Assembly: GCA_035649235.1 (NCBI GenBank)
Contig: DASRJX010000119.1
Coordinates: 5,549-69,548 of the forward strand
DNA: 64,000 nucleotides
Direction of reading: 5' to 3'
Source of the DNA: Candidatus Cryosericum sp.
GTDB taxonomy: Bacteria > Acidobacteriota > Polarisedimenticolia > Gp22-AA2
The notes beneath the pieces were generated by a model. It saw only the letters and a program-made list of their open reading frames with translations. It made no database searches and was not told the DNA's origin. Of the stretch, positions 25,592 to 35,345 are shown piece after piece. Both the position numbers and the translations under genes were made by a program. Each line of letters opens with the position of its first letter. The first letter of the stretch is position 1.

Positions 25592-27727
25592 TCAGCGACC
25601 ATCCGGATCCCGCCCCGCTCCTGGCGCTGACGAGGGCGCGTTCCGGCGCAGCCGCTCGAGGACGCTCCGGGCTTCGTCGTCCATGACCTCGCCTCGGGTG
25701 TCCAGGGTCAGCGCGCGCTCGAGGGACTGGAGCGCGCCATCGAGATCGCCTGTCCGGAACTGCAGCAGGCCGAGGCTCCGTTGCGGGACCGGCGAGGCGG
25801 GCGACAGACGGATCGATTCGCGATAGGCGGCGGCCGCCTCCGGCACCCGGCCGGCTTGCTCCAGCGCCCGCCCCATCTGGTAACGGAGGATGGCGTCCGC
25901 CGGTCGGACCTCGGCGGCCGCGGCGAAAGCCTGGGCGGCGGCCTGAAAGTCGCCAGCCGCCGAGCGCGCCAGGCCGAGATTGACCAGGTAATCGGCGTTC
26001 CCGGGGACGAGACGCGCCGCCTCCGAGTAGGCCTTGACGGCGTCTCCTGTCCGTCCGAGAGCGAGCCGTGCGGCGCCGAGGTTGTTCCAGCCCCGATCGC
26101 TCCGCGGGTCGAGCCCCACCGCCTTCTCCAGGACCGCGAGCGACTCCCCCGGACGACCGGCGCGGTTCAACGCGTGGCCCAGGTTCACCAGGTAGGTGAT
26201 GTTCTCCGGCTGCTCGGCGAGGGCCTTCTGGTAGTGTTCGATAGCCTCCTCCCAGTTCATCCCCCGCGACAGGAGCCCCGCCAGGTTGTATTGGGCGTCG
26301 GCGAAGCCGGGCCAGATGCCGATCGCCGCCCGATAACCCCGCTCGGCGGCCGCTCGATCGCCGGCCTCCTCGGAGGCGGTCCCGTAGTTGAACTGCGCGC
26401 GCGCGCTCGCCGGCGTGACGGCGACCGCCGCGGCGAAGATCGTCCGGTCGTCGCGCCAGTCGACGAGGCGCACGACGCTCCGGAGCGCCAGGAGGCCGAG
26501 AGCCCCGATCAGGATCGATTTGAAGAGGACGGGCCGCCCTTTCGTGGCGAGCGTCCGGGACGGCAGGAGCGCGGCCACCAGCAGGCAGAAACCAACCGAA
26601 GGCAGGTAGAGCAGCCGCTCCGCCATGATGGTGCCGATCGGGTAGAGCAGGTTCGAGACGGGCGCCAGGGCCAGCCCGGTGAACAGGAGCGAGAAGGCTG
26701 CCGCGGGGCGCCGCCGCCAGGCCGCCGCCACTCCAGAGGCGGCCGCGAGCAGGATCAGGCCGCCCAGGACAACCGGCGGCTCCAACGCCGACAGGGCCGG
26801 CGGCAGCGCGTTGTAGGAGTGATCGATCGACAGCCGCAGCGGGAACACCAGGAGGAATGCATAACTCGCGAGCGCCTTGAGCGCCGTCAGGCGTCCGAGG
26901 ACGAAGGGCTGATAGGCGATCGGGTTGTCGATATAGTGGGTGAAGCGCGCAACACCGATTTGGCCCAGGACCGACGCGCGGACCCAGAGCAGGAGGAGGA
27001 AGACGAGCGCCGACGCCGCGTGGTAGCCCCAGGCGGGGCGCGCGGCGGCCCCGCCCCGGGCGCGCGGCCGGGTGAGGTCCGCTGCCAGGGCGATGAACGG
27101 GACGGCGACGGCGTTCTCCTTGGACAGGAACCCGACGGCGAACGCGAGCAGCGACAGCGCGAGCGCCGGCCACGCGGGCTTCGGCGAAGAGGCCGCGGCG
27201 CGGTCCCGCCCTTCCAGGAAGAACAGGACGGCCAGCATCGCTCCGAGCGCGGCCAGGAGATCGCCGCGACCGACCACGAGACCCAGCACCTCGGTGTGAA
27301 CCGGATGGACCGCGAACAGGAGCCCGGCGAGAAGCGCCGGTTCGACGGACGGATCGAGGGCCGTCGGCCTCGGCCGATCGAGGACGCGGCGCCCCACGGC
27401 GAAGACGAGCGCCGCCACCAGGGCGTGGAGCAGGAGGTTCACGAGGCGGTAACCGAAGGGATGGAGCCCCGCGACCGCATGGTTGAGGGCGAACGACAGG
27501 ATGGTGACGGGACGATAGAGGTTCGGTACCTCCTCGTCGTTCACCGTCCAGTAGCCGTGCGTCAGGATCGCGGGAAGGCGCCCCGGATCGCGGACCAGCT
27601 CGTTCTGCTCGATGATCCGGTGGTCGTCGTGGATGAAGCCGGGGAGCAGGGACGGGAGCCCCGCCAGGACGGCGGTCAGGACGACAAGAAGCAGCGGACG
27701 GGCGGGGGCCCGGCCGCGGTCAGGCAT
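25592..27727 (-). CDS. TMTC-like protein: DUF1736-type GT-C membrane domain fused to C-terminal TPR repeats (putative protein O-mannosyl/glycosyl-transferase)
   Basis: N-terminal roughly 450 aa multi-TM domain with LPGFIHDDH.. motif. C-terminus has at least 8 TPR units (AxxYxxAL... pattern). Confidence 0.6.
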   Translation of the reverse strand: MPDRGRAPARPLLLVVLTAVLAGLPSLLPGFIHDDHRIIEQNELVRDPGRLPAILTHGYWTVNDEEVPNLYRPVTILSFALNHAVAGLHPFGYRLVNLLLHALVAALVFAVGRRVLDRPRPTALDPSVEPALLAGLLFAVHPVHTEVLGLVVGRGDLLAALGAMLAVLFFLEGRDRAAASSPKPAWPALALSLLAFAVGFLSKENAVAVPFIALAADLTRPRARGGAAARPAWGYHAASALVFLLLLWVRASVLGQIGVARFTHYIDNPIAYQPFVLGRLTALKALASYAFLLVFPLRLSIDHSYNALPPALSALEPPVVLGGLILLAAASGVAAAWRRRPAAAFSLLFTGLALAPVSNLLYPIGTIMAERLLYLPSVGFCLLVAALLPSRTLATKGRPVLFKSILIGALGLLALRSVVRLVDWRDDRTIFAAAVAVTPASARAQFNYGTASEEAGDRAAAERGYRAAIGIWPGFADAQYNLAGLLSRGMNWEEAIEHYQKALAEQPENITYLVNLGHALNRAGRPGESLAVLEKAVGLDPRSDRGWNNLGAARLALGRTGDAVKAYSEAARLVPGNADYLVNLGLARSAAGDFQAAAQAFAAAAEVRPADAILRYQMGRALEQAGRVPEAAAAYRESIRLSPASPVPQRSLGLLQFRTGDLDGALQSLERALTLDTRGEVMDDEARSVLERLRRNAPSSAPGAGRDPDGR

Positions 27728-28862
27728 GCGAAGCAGGAGCCTTCGCCGGGCCTACGACTTCGCCTTTCAGCCCGGTCGGCCCTCCGTAGCGCTCGTCGAA
27801 CAGCCGCCCCCACACGGTGCGGCGGAAGCGGGCGATGCGCGCGCGGCCGACGGTCGGATACCAGAGGAGGTCGTGGTAGATGTTCGAGGCCAGAGGAGCC
27901 CAGACGACGAGCGGCGAGTGGAGTGCTATGTGCTCCAGGAAGCGCAGCGGTCCCAGCCGCAGCATCTGGTCCCCCCAGATCACCAGCGACCGGCTGACCT
28001 TGAAGTGGAGGTTCATCCCCGACACGTCGTCCCCCACCACCTCGATGCCTGCCGGATCGGCGACGCCCAGGCCGCGATCGTGGCACATGCGGAGATACGG
28101 GATCGTGAGCGGGTCGAAGCCCATGAGGCGCGCCGCGACGGCGTCGATCGCCACCGAGTCGGCCCCCGCCAGGATGACGTTCCCCTCCACCGGCACCATG
28201 GTGCGCGGACCGGCGCCGTCGCCGCACACCGTGCCGTCCATGACCGCGAAGATCCCGGGGTGCAGCTCCCGCTGCATGAGCATCAGGTCGACCAGCACCT
28301 CGTGCATGTACTTGTGGGCGTAATGCCGGACCTCCTTGAGGAGGCCGCCGAAGGCGTTCTTGACCGCCCCCGTCGTCGTGGCGTGACCGTGCGTCTTGAC
28401 CGTCGGGAAATGCAGGATGTTCTTCCCGGGGTAGATGGCGGGGATCTCGATCCCCTCCGGGAAGATTTCGTTCAGGCGCATGAGCTTCGTCTTGAACCGG
28501 TAGACCGTCCACGCCGCCTCGTGCAGGGCCGTGAAACGCAGGCCGTGCCGTTCCAGGATCGGCAGCCAGCGGTTGTTGGCGGCCCCCTTCCAGGGGTCGG
28601 TCACGACCGTCTTGTTCTCCACCGGCAGCAGGTGCTGACGATCGAACCCCTGCTCGAGGAGCCCCTGAAGCACCCCCTCGAGCTGCCACGGCTGCGACGA
28701 GCACGCGGGGTAGTACTTGGTCCAGGAGAGATTGAGCTTGAGGAGGGTGGGGATGGACGGATCGAGGGCCGGCCGGAGACCCGCGAGGCGCAGGAGACGT
28801 CCGTAGTCCCCGAGGACGGTCCCCGGCGTCGTCTTGAGAACCGCGATGCGCGGGCGTGTCAC
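27720..28862 (-). CDS. DUF362 domain protein
   Basis: ...ILAGADSVAIDAVAARLMGFDPLTIPYLRMCHDRGLGV... signature. Start overlaps the TMTC-like gene by 8 nt (operon). Confidence 0.5.
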   Translation of the reverse strand: MTRPRIAVLKTTPGTVLGDYGRLLRLAGLRPALDPSIPTLLKLNLSWTKYYPACSSQPWQLEGVLQGLLEQGFDRQHLLPVENKTVVTDPWKGAANNRWLPILERHGLRFTALHEAAWTVYRFKTKLMRLNEIFPEGIEIPAIYPGKNILHFPTVKTHGHATTTGAVKNAFGGLLKEVRHYAHKYMHEVLVDLMLMQRELHPGIFAVMDGTVCGDGAGPRTMVPVEGNVILAGADSVAIDAVAARLMGFDPLTIPYLRMCHDRGLGVADPAGIEVVGDDVSGMNLHFKVSRSLVIWGDQMLRLGPLRFLEHIALHSPLVVWAPLASNIYHDLLWYPTVGRARIARFRRTVWGRLFDERYGGPTGLKGEVVGPAKAPASHA

Positions 28863-29056
28863 GATCAGCCCCCCCCTGCGCGCCGGCCGCTCCGGCGCTC
28901 GGGCGCATTATAGGTCGCGCCCCCGGCGCGCGCCAAAGAGGCGTGCCGGTCCCTCCAGTCAGGCGACGGCCCTGGTGGGAAGAGCGTCGTCGGCCTTAGA
29001 ATGGACTTCGGTTTCCGCTCTCAGGACGGTGGTCCGGACTCACAAGGAGGTGGCCC

Positions 29057-29446
29057 GTGAACAGAAGGCTTCACCGAACGCGGATGGCCGTGCTGACGGC
29101 GGTGGTGCTGGCGCTCGGCCTCCTGTGTCCCCCGCCGCAGGCGGCCGCACCTGCCAAAGCCGCGGTCGACGTGACCTATTACTTCCTTCCGGGCTGAATG
29201 GTGTGCGCGAAGCTGAAGCCCGCCGTGAGCGGGCTCGAGAAGGAGTTCCCCGGACAAGTGAAGGCCCACAACGTGGACGCTTCCACCCCCGAGGCGAAGC
29301 AGGCGCTCCAAGAACTCGGCTTCAAGAGCCACGGTCTGGTGATCCGATCCGCCGACGGCAAGGTGCTCCACAAGCAGCCGGACCACACGGTCGATCTGGA
29401 GAAGGCCCGCGAAGCCCTCAAGGAGATCCTGAAGCCCTCGGCCTGA
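29057..29446 (+). CDS. Exported thioredoxin-fold protein with in-frame TGA (29195-29197) giving a U-x-x-C redox motif; candidate selenoprotein
   Basis: GTG 29057 with AAGGAGG RBS 6 nt upstream. Signal peptide (n-region NRRLHRTR, h-region MAVLTAVVLALGLL). Same frame continues through TGA into ORF 29198-29446. Beta1-...AVDVTYYFLPG-U-MVC-AKLKP... matches the Trx WCGPC(K) position. Downstream (L/I)-rich strand and helix of a Trx fold. Confidence 0.55.
29217..29235 (+). promoter_or_regulatory. Candidate SECIS hairpin downstream of the in-frame UGA of the Trx-like gene
   Basis: AGCCCGC-CGUGA-GCGGGCU, perfect 7-bp stem with 5-nt loop, stem starting 20 nt after UGA. Confidence 0.4.
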
Positions 29447-29501
29447 GGATCCTCCGCCTGATGGTCGACGACATCCCCGCCGACAACGAACGAGCGCTGC
29501 C

Positions 29502-29972
29502 TCAGTGCGATCGCGGCTCGAGGCGCGACACCAGGACCTGGTCGAGCGACAGGGGACCGGCGCCTGCGACGCCCAGCCAGACGAAGAGCACGATGTACAG
29601 GTACTCGACGAAACCGAAGAGGCTGGCGATCCCCTGGTAGTCCTCCCGGCGCGCCGTCACGATGGCCACGATCATCGTGACGATGAGCGGCACGCAGGCA
29701 AGCCGCGTGAACAGGCCGACCAGGAGGAGGGTGCCGCACACGAGCTCGGCCCCCGCGGCGAGAGGCGCCTGGAACTCCGGCACCGGGATCCGCAGCTCCC
29801 GGAAATACGACACGATGTCGGGGAGGTGGTTCACCTTCCCCCAGCCGGCCTGCAGGAACAACCAGCCGACCGTGATGCGCGCCAGGGCGGGCGGCAGCCA
29901 CGACAGAATCCCGGCCACGTTGAGAACGAATCGCCGCACCGCCACTGCTCCGCTCATGAGTCCGTGCATCAC
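29502..29972 (-). CDS. DoxX-family membrane protein
   Basis: 4-TM, DoxX-like helices (WLFLQAGWGKV...). 156 aa. Confidence 0.65.
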   Translation of the reverse strand: MMHGLMSGAVAVRRFVLNVAGILSWLPPALARITVGWLFLQAGWGKVNHLPDIVSYFRELRIPVPEFQAPLAAGAELVCGTLLLVGLFTRLACVPLIVTMIVAIVTARREDYQGIASLFGFVEYLYIVLFVWLGVAGAGPLSLDQVLVSRLEPRSH

Positions 29973-29979
29973 TCCTCCT

Positions 29980-32685
29980 TCAGCGCGACTTCCCCAGCTC
30001 CTGCAGGAGCCGTCCCGCGAGGGCCGTCCAGCCGGTCTGGTGGCTGGCGCCGACGCCCCGCCCGGTGTCGGCGTGGAAGTACTCGTAGAAGAGCACCAGG
30101 TCCTTGAAGTGCGGGTCGTCCGCGTACCGTGCCTCGTCGCCGTGGCAGGGGCGGCGGCCGTCGCGGCCGGGCAGGAAGATCGACGCCAGCCTGCGGCGCA
30201 GCTCGTCGGCCACCTCCTGGAGGTCCATCAACCGCCCGGAGCCAACCGGACACTCGACGCGCAGGCTGTCGCCGTAGAAATGGTGGTAGCGCTCCAGCGC
30301 CTCGATCAGGAGGTAGTTGACGGGGAACCAGATCGGCCCCCGCCAATTGGAGTTGCCGCCGAACAGGCCGGTGTCGGACTCGGCCGGCGTGTAGTCGACG
30401 CGGTGCTCGGTGCCGTCGATCCGGAGGACGAAGGGATGTCGCTCGTGCACCCGAGACAGCGAGCGGATCCCGAACGGCGAGAGGAACTCGTTCTCGTCGA
30501 GCACGTAGCGGAGCACCCGCAGCAACCGCTCTCGCGAGGTGATGGCCAGTAGCAGGTGCTCGTGGCCGCCGCCCATCGGCACGATGTGCGAGATCTGCTT
30601 CGCCAGATCGACGCGGTTCCGGATGAACCAGTCGAGTCGCTTCTTGAAGCCCGGCAGCCTCCCGACGTGCTCCATCTCCAGTACGCTCACCGCGAACAGC
30701 GGGATGAGGCCGACGAGCGAGCGGACGCGGATCGGATGGCTCCGGCCGTCGACGTGCAGCTGGTCGTAGTAGAAGCCGTCCTCCTCGTCCCACAGCCCCA
30801 TGCCGCCGAGGTTGTTCATCGCGTCGGCGATCGCCACGAAGTGCTCGAAGAACTTCGATGCCATGTCCTCCGTGGCGGGGTTGTCGCGCGACAGCTCGAG
30901 CGCCATCGCCAGCATGGTGGCGGCGTAGGACGCCATCCATGCGGTGCCGTCCGCCTGCTCCAGACGGCCGCCGGTCGGCAGCGGCCGGCTGCGATCGAAG
31001 ACGCCGATGTTGTCGAGGCCCAGGAACCCGCCCGAGAAGAGGTGGTTCCCCTCCTCGTCCTTGCGGTTCACCCACCAGGTGAAGTTGATCAGGAGCTTCT
31101 GGAAGCAGCGCGACAGGAACGCCCGATCCCGTCCGCCGCGCGGCCCGGTCATCTTGTACGTGCGCCAGCAGGCCCAGGCGTGGACCGGTGGATTGACGTC
31201 GCCGAACGCGAACTCGTACGCCGGCAGCTGCCCGTTCGGGTGCATGTACCACTCTCGCAGGAACAGCACGAGCTGTTCCTTGGCGAACTGCGGATCGAGG
31301 GTCGCGAGCGGGATCATGTGGAAGGCGAGATCCCACGCCGCGTACCAGGGATACTCCCACTTGTCCGGCATCGAGATGACGTCCCGGTTGAACAGATGCC
31401 CCCAGTCGGAGTTCCTTCCGAGCCGCCGCGCCTGAGGCGGCGGCGGTTGCGCCGGGTCCCCTTCGAGCCAGTCGCGCACCACGTAGTGGAAGAACTGCTT
31501 GCTCCAGAGCAGCCCGGCGTACGCCTGCCGCGCCACCTGCTTCTCCTCGGCCGTGAGCGCCGCCGGCAGCCGTCCGGCGTAGAACGCGTCCGCCTCCGCG
31601 CGGCGCTCCGCCACGATCCGGTCGAACGCGGCCGGCCCACGGCTCGGCGCCCGGGGTGCCGCCTGGCCCGGCCGGCCCGCTTTGGCGAGTCGCAGCCGGA
31701 TGGTCGCGGTGCCGCCCGCGGGGATGACGAACCGGTGGAGGAACGCCGCCTTGGTACCACTCCGCGCCGGGTTGACCGCGTCCCGGCGGCCGCGCACCAC
31801 GTACTCGTGGAAGGCGTCCTTGACGAACGGCGTGCCATTCGGCGCGCCATAGAGGCGCTCCGCATTGGTCTCGTTCTCGGTGAATAGCGGTTCGGGACCC
31901 CTCCCGTCCGGACTGGCGCCGTCCGCGGGGCCGGCGGCGGCGAGCGTGAAGGTTCCGAGCGTGACGTGCCGCGCCAGCAGGGCGCCGCCCCGGTCGAGCT
32001 CGATCCCGGGCTTCTCCCAGTAACCCTCCCCCGTGCGCCCCCACGACCAGGTGTTCCGGAACCAGAGGGTCGGCAGGACCGTGATCGGCGCGGGCTCGGG
32101 TCCGCGATTGGAGATCCGCAGCACGATCAGGATGTCGTCCGGCCCGGCCTTGGCATACTCCGCCAGGACGTCGAAGTAGCGGCCGCCGTCGAAGGCACCG
32201 CCGTCGGCGAGCTCGAACTCGCGATCGCGCTTGCCGCGGCGCGCGTTCTCTTCCAGGAGGCGGCGGTAGGGAAACTCCGTCTGGGGGTACTTATAGAGCG
32301 CCGTCATGTAGGAGTGCGTCGGGGTGGCCTCGAGGTAGTAGTAGCACTCCTTCACGTCCTCGCCGTGGTTCCCCTCCGGGCCGGTGAGGCCGAACAGCCG
32401 CTCCTTGAGGATCGGATCGCGCCCGTTCCACAGCGCGATCGCGAAGCACAGGCGGCACTCCCGATCGGTGATCCCGAGGAGGCCGTCCTCGCCCCAGCGG
32501 TACGCCCGGCTGCGCGCGTGTTCGTGGGGGAAGTAGCTCCAGCACTCGCCGCCGGCGGAATAGTCCTCGCGCACGGTGCCCCACTGGCGCTCGGCCAGGT
32601 ACGGGCCCCAGCGCTTCCAGTTGGCGCGACGCGCGGCGTCCTCGGCGAGGCGGGCCTCCTCGGCGGTCGGGCTCTTCTGGCTCAT
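29980..32685 (-). CDS. Large (alpha/alpha)6-barrel glycoside hydrolase, GH63-like / MGH1-like glucosidase family
   Basis: ATG 32685. About 900 aa. N-terminal beta-sandwich plus C-terminal barrel with conserved acidic motifs ([27 protein letters not shown]). Family call from overall resemblance. Confidence 0.5.
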   Translation of the reverse strand: MSQKSPTAEEARLAEDAARRANWKRWGPYLAERQWGTVREDYSAGGECWSYFPHEHARSRAYRWGEDGLLGITDRECRLCFAIALWNGRDPILKERLFGLTGPEGNHGEDVKECYYYLEATPTHSYMTALYKYPQTEFPYRRLLEENARRGKRDREFELADGGAFDGGRYFDVLAEYAKAGPDDILIVLRISNRGPEPAPITVLPTLWFRNTWSWGRTGEGYWEKPGIELDRGGALLARHVTLGTFTLAAAGPADGASPDGRGPEPLFTENETNAERLYGAPNGTPFVKDAFHEYVVRGRRDAVNPARSGTKAAFLHRFVIPAGGTATIRLRLAKAGRPGQAAPRAPSRGPAAFDRIVAERRAEADAFYAGRLPAALTAEEKQVARQAYAGLLWSKQFFHYVVRDWLEGDPAQPPPPQARRLGRNSDWGHLFNRDVISMPDKWEYPWYAAWDLAFHMIPLATLDPQFAKEQLVLFLREWYMHPNGQLPAYEFAFGDVNPPVHAWACWRTYKMTGPRGGRDRAFLSRCFQKLLINFTWWVNRKDEEGNHLFSGGFLGLDNIGVFDRSRPLPTGGRLEQADGTAWMASYAATMLAMALELSRDNPATEDMASKFFEHFVAIADAMNNLGGMGLWDEEDGFYYDQLHVDGRSHPIRVRSLVGLIPLFAVSVLEMEHVGRLPGFKKRLDWFIRNRVDLAKQISHIVPMGGGHEHLLLAITSRERLLRVLRYVLDENEFLSPFGIRSLSRVHERHPFVLRIDGTEHRVDYTPAESDTGLFGGNSNWRGPIWFPVNYLLIEALERYHHFYGDSLRVECPVGSGRLMDLQEVADELRRRLASIFLPGRDGRRPCHGDEARYADDPHFKDLVLFYEYFHADTGRGVGASHQTGWTALAGRLLQELGKSR

Positions 32686-32885
32686 GCGCGGGATTATGCG
32701 ACGGATCGGCGTCGGCGATCTCCGTGGCGACCGAGACCGACCTCGTCGAGGAGGGATTGACGGACGGGACCTCGCCGGGCGTAGCATGCAACGTGCCCCG
32801 CCTGCGCCTGCGCGGCGTCCTCACGGAGATGGCCCTGGCGCCCGGCACGGGACCGGGCGCTGCCCAGAATCCAGGGAACGCAGAC

Positions 32886-34450
32886 GTGAGGCGCTGCGCC
32901 GCGATCGCGGTCCTGATCCTGATCCTCGCGACCGCCTACCTGCTGGCGGCGAGCCGGGCGGCCGGAGAGCCGGGCCTGCCGCTCGACGACTCCTGGATCC
33001 ACGCGCGCATCGCCCGCAACCTCGTGGAGGGGAACGGCTTCGCCTTCAACCCCGGAGAGACCGCCGCGGCCTCGAGCGCGCCGCTCTGGACCCTGCTCCT
33101 GGCCGTGCCGGCGGCGCTCCGGCTGCCGTTCCCCTGGGCCTCGTACGTGGCGGGGATCGCGTCGGCCATGGCACTCGCGCTCGTGGCCCGCCATCTGGCG
33201 GAGCGGGTCACGGGGGACCCGAAGGCAGGTCTTCTGTGCGCCGTCCTGGTGATCGGCAGCCATCCTTTCCCGTGGTCGGTCGTGTCCGGCATGGAGTCTC
33301 CGCTCGCCGCGGCGCTGGTGCTCGGGACGATCCTGTGCGCGGCCTCGGGATCCCTCCGCCTGGCGCTCGGCCTCGCGGCGGCCGCGGGCCTGACGCGACC
33401 CGAGATGGCGCTTCTGCCTATGCTCGTTCTGGCGGACCATCTGGTGCGGGATCGCTCCTGGTCGCCCCGGAGTCTCGTCGGGCCGGCGCTCGGGGCGACC
33501 GCGGCCGCCGCGGCGCCGTTCCTGTGCAACCGGCTCCTGACCGGCCGGTGGGTGTTCGGGTCGTTCGCGGCGAAGGTGGGCCGTCACGGCGTCCTCGCGG
33601 CGCTTGCGGAAGGGCGGGCCGATCTCCTGCCGGCGATTGCCTTGGCCAACCTGCCGCTCTATCTCGGCCCCCTGCTCGAGTCGCTGCTGCGGGACAACGG
33701 CGTCCTGCTGCTGCTGGCGCCCGTCGGGTTCCTGCGCCTGTCCCGGGGCGAGCGCCGGACGCACCTGCCCTGGATGGTCGGGATCCTGCTGCCGTGCGCC
33801 GTGGCGGTCCTGGCGCCGTTCGGCGGGCCGGCGTTTCACGAGCAGCGCTACGTGGCCCCGATCGTGGCCGTGTACCTGGTGGCAGGCTGCGCCGGTCTCT
33901 TCACCCTCTTCCGGCGCCCGGGCCGGGAGAGAGTCCTGGTCGTGGCCATGGTGGCGGCCACCGGGCTGTCCGCCTGGGGGGCGGGGCAGGGACTGCGGCG
34001 CTATGCTCTCGAGGTGAAGAACGTGACCGAGATGCAGGTCCGCATCGGGCGCTGGCTCGCTCCGCGCACGGCGGGACAGGAGCCGATCGCGACCAACGAC
34101 ATCGGCGCGATCGGCTTCTTCACCCGCGCGACGATCCTCGACCTCACGGGCCTCGCCTCGCCCGAGGCGATGCCGTACCTGCGCCGCGCGGCCCCGCCTG
34201 GAGGTGTGAACCGCGGCTGGAACGGCGCGAGCGAGGCCGGGCTCCTGGAGTTCCTGAGGGCCCGGAAGCCGGCCTACGTCGCCCTCTTCCCCTCCTGGTA
34301 CCCCAGCCCGGAATTCCGCCGGAGTCTCGGAGAGGAAGTGTTCCGCGTCGACCTCGAAGACAACCTGATCTGCGGGGATCGAACGATGATCGTGTATCGC
34401 CCCGCCTGGCAGGCGGCGGCCGGGTCTTGTCCCGGTCTACGGCGCGACGG
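32886..34450 (+). CDS. GT-C-fold membrane glycosyltransferase, paralog 3; 3' end uncertain because the frame has no stop codon until 35600
   Basis: GTG 32886 (alternative ATG 32829/32724). Multi-TM with periplasmic PLDDSWIHARIARNLVEGNGF motif. After about 34440 the frame runs antisense through the UbiA-like gene with D/E/R/H-rich translation, so the end coordinate is approximate. Confidence 0.45.
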
Positions 34451-35345
34451 TGGGACTCGCCACGTAGAGCAGGAGGACCACCGTGATGCCCCACAGCGCC
34501 ACGTTCAGCAGCAGCGGGAGGTCCGTCAGGAGGGCCTGCGTCGGGCTGCTCCCCTCCCCTCTCTGATGGACGAGGTAGAGGTAGCGGAAGATGCCGTACA
34601 GGACGAACGGCACGGTCAGGTAGAGGTAGGGGGTCCGGAGTCGCATCTCCACCTCGGGGGAGATGGTGTAGAACATGTAAGCGACGACCGTCGACGCCGT
34701 GACGACGCCGATCATCTGATCGAGGAACGCCACCGAGTACTCCCGGAGGATGCTGCGATGCCCGTGGGCGTCCGCCAGCGTCTCGAGCTCCTGACGCCGC
34801 TTGCAGAAGGCCAGGAACAACGACAGGAGGATGGTGCACATGATGAGCCAGGTGGAGATCGGCACGTCGATGATGAGACCGCCGCCGATGGCCCGGAGCA
34901 CGAAGCCGGCGCTGATCACCATGACATCGATGATGACAACCTCCTTCAGCCAGAAGGAATACACCAGGTTCAGCGCCGCGTACGCCAGCAGGACCGCTCC
35001 GAACGGCGGCGACAGCGCGAAGCCGGCCATGAGCGACAGGCTGGACAGGACGACCGCGGCGACCGTGGCGGGCACGATCGACAGCGCGCCGGAGGCGATC
35101 GGCCGGCGGGCCTTGGCGGGGTGCTTGCGGTCGCGCTCGGCGTCGAACAGATCGTTGACGATGTAGACCGCGCCGCTGATGGCGCAGAACAGCAGAAACC
35201 CCAGGATCGCGTTCCGGCAGGCGTGCGGGATCAGGAGGCTGCGCGAGAAGAGCAGGGCCGCGAAGACGACGAGGTTCTTGATCCACTGCCGCGGGCGCAT
35301 CGACAGCGCCACGCCGACGAGCGTCCCTCCCGGCCGACGCCGCAT
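34437..35345 (-). CDS. UbiA-family prenyl-phosphate phosphoribosyltransferase, decaprenyl-phosphate 5-phosphoribosyltransferase (Rv3806c/DPPR synthase)-like
   Basis: WIKNLVVFAALLFS and YIVNDLFDAERDRKHPAKARRPIASGALS, a UbiA NDxxDxxxD motif in the arrangement typical of DPPR synthases. 8-9 TM. Confidence 0.65.
   Translation of the reverse strand: MRRRPGGTLVGVALSMRPRQWIKNLVVFAALLFSRSLLIPHACRNAILGFLLFCAISGAVYIVNDLFDAERDRKHPAKARRPIASGALSIVPATVAAVVLSSLSLMAGFALSPPFGAVLLAYAALNLVYSFWLKEVVIIDVMVISAGFVLRAIGGGLIIDVPISTWLIMCTILLSLFLAFCKRRQELETLADAHGHRSILREYSVAFLDQMIGVVTASTVVAYMFYTISPEVEMRLRTPYLYLTVPFVLYGIFRYLYLVHQRGEGSSPTQALLTDLPLLLNVALWGITVVLLLYVASPTVAP

Noticed and set aside
32724-32885. Upstream ATG 32724 / 32829 as start of GT-C paralog 3
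   Set aside because: Start 32724 would leave only 38 bp to the divergent GH63 start. The hydrophobic core begins right after GTG 32886. This is kept as an alternative, not excluded.
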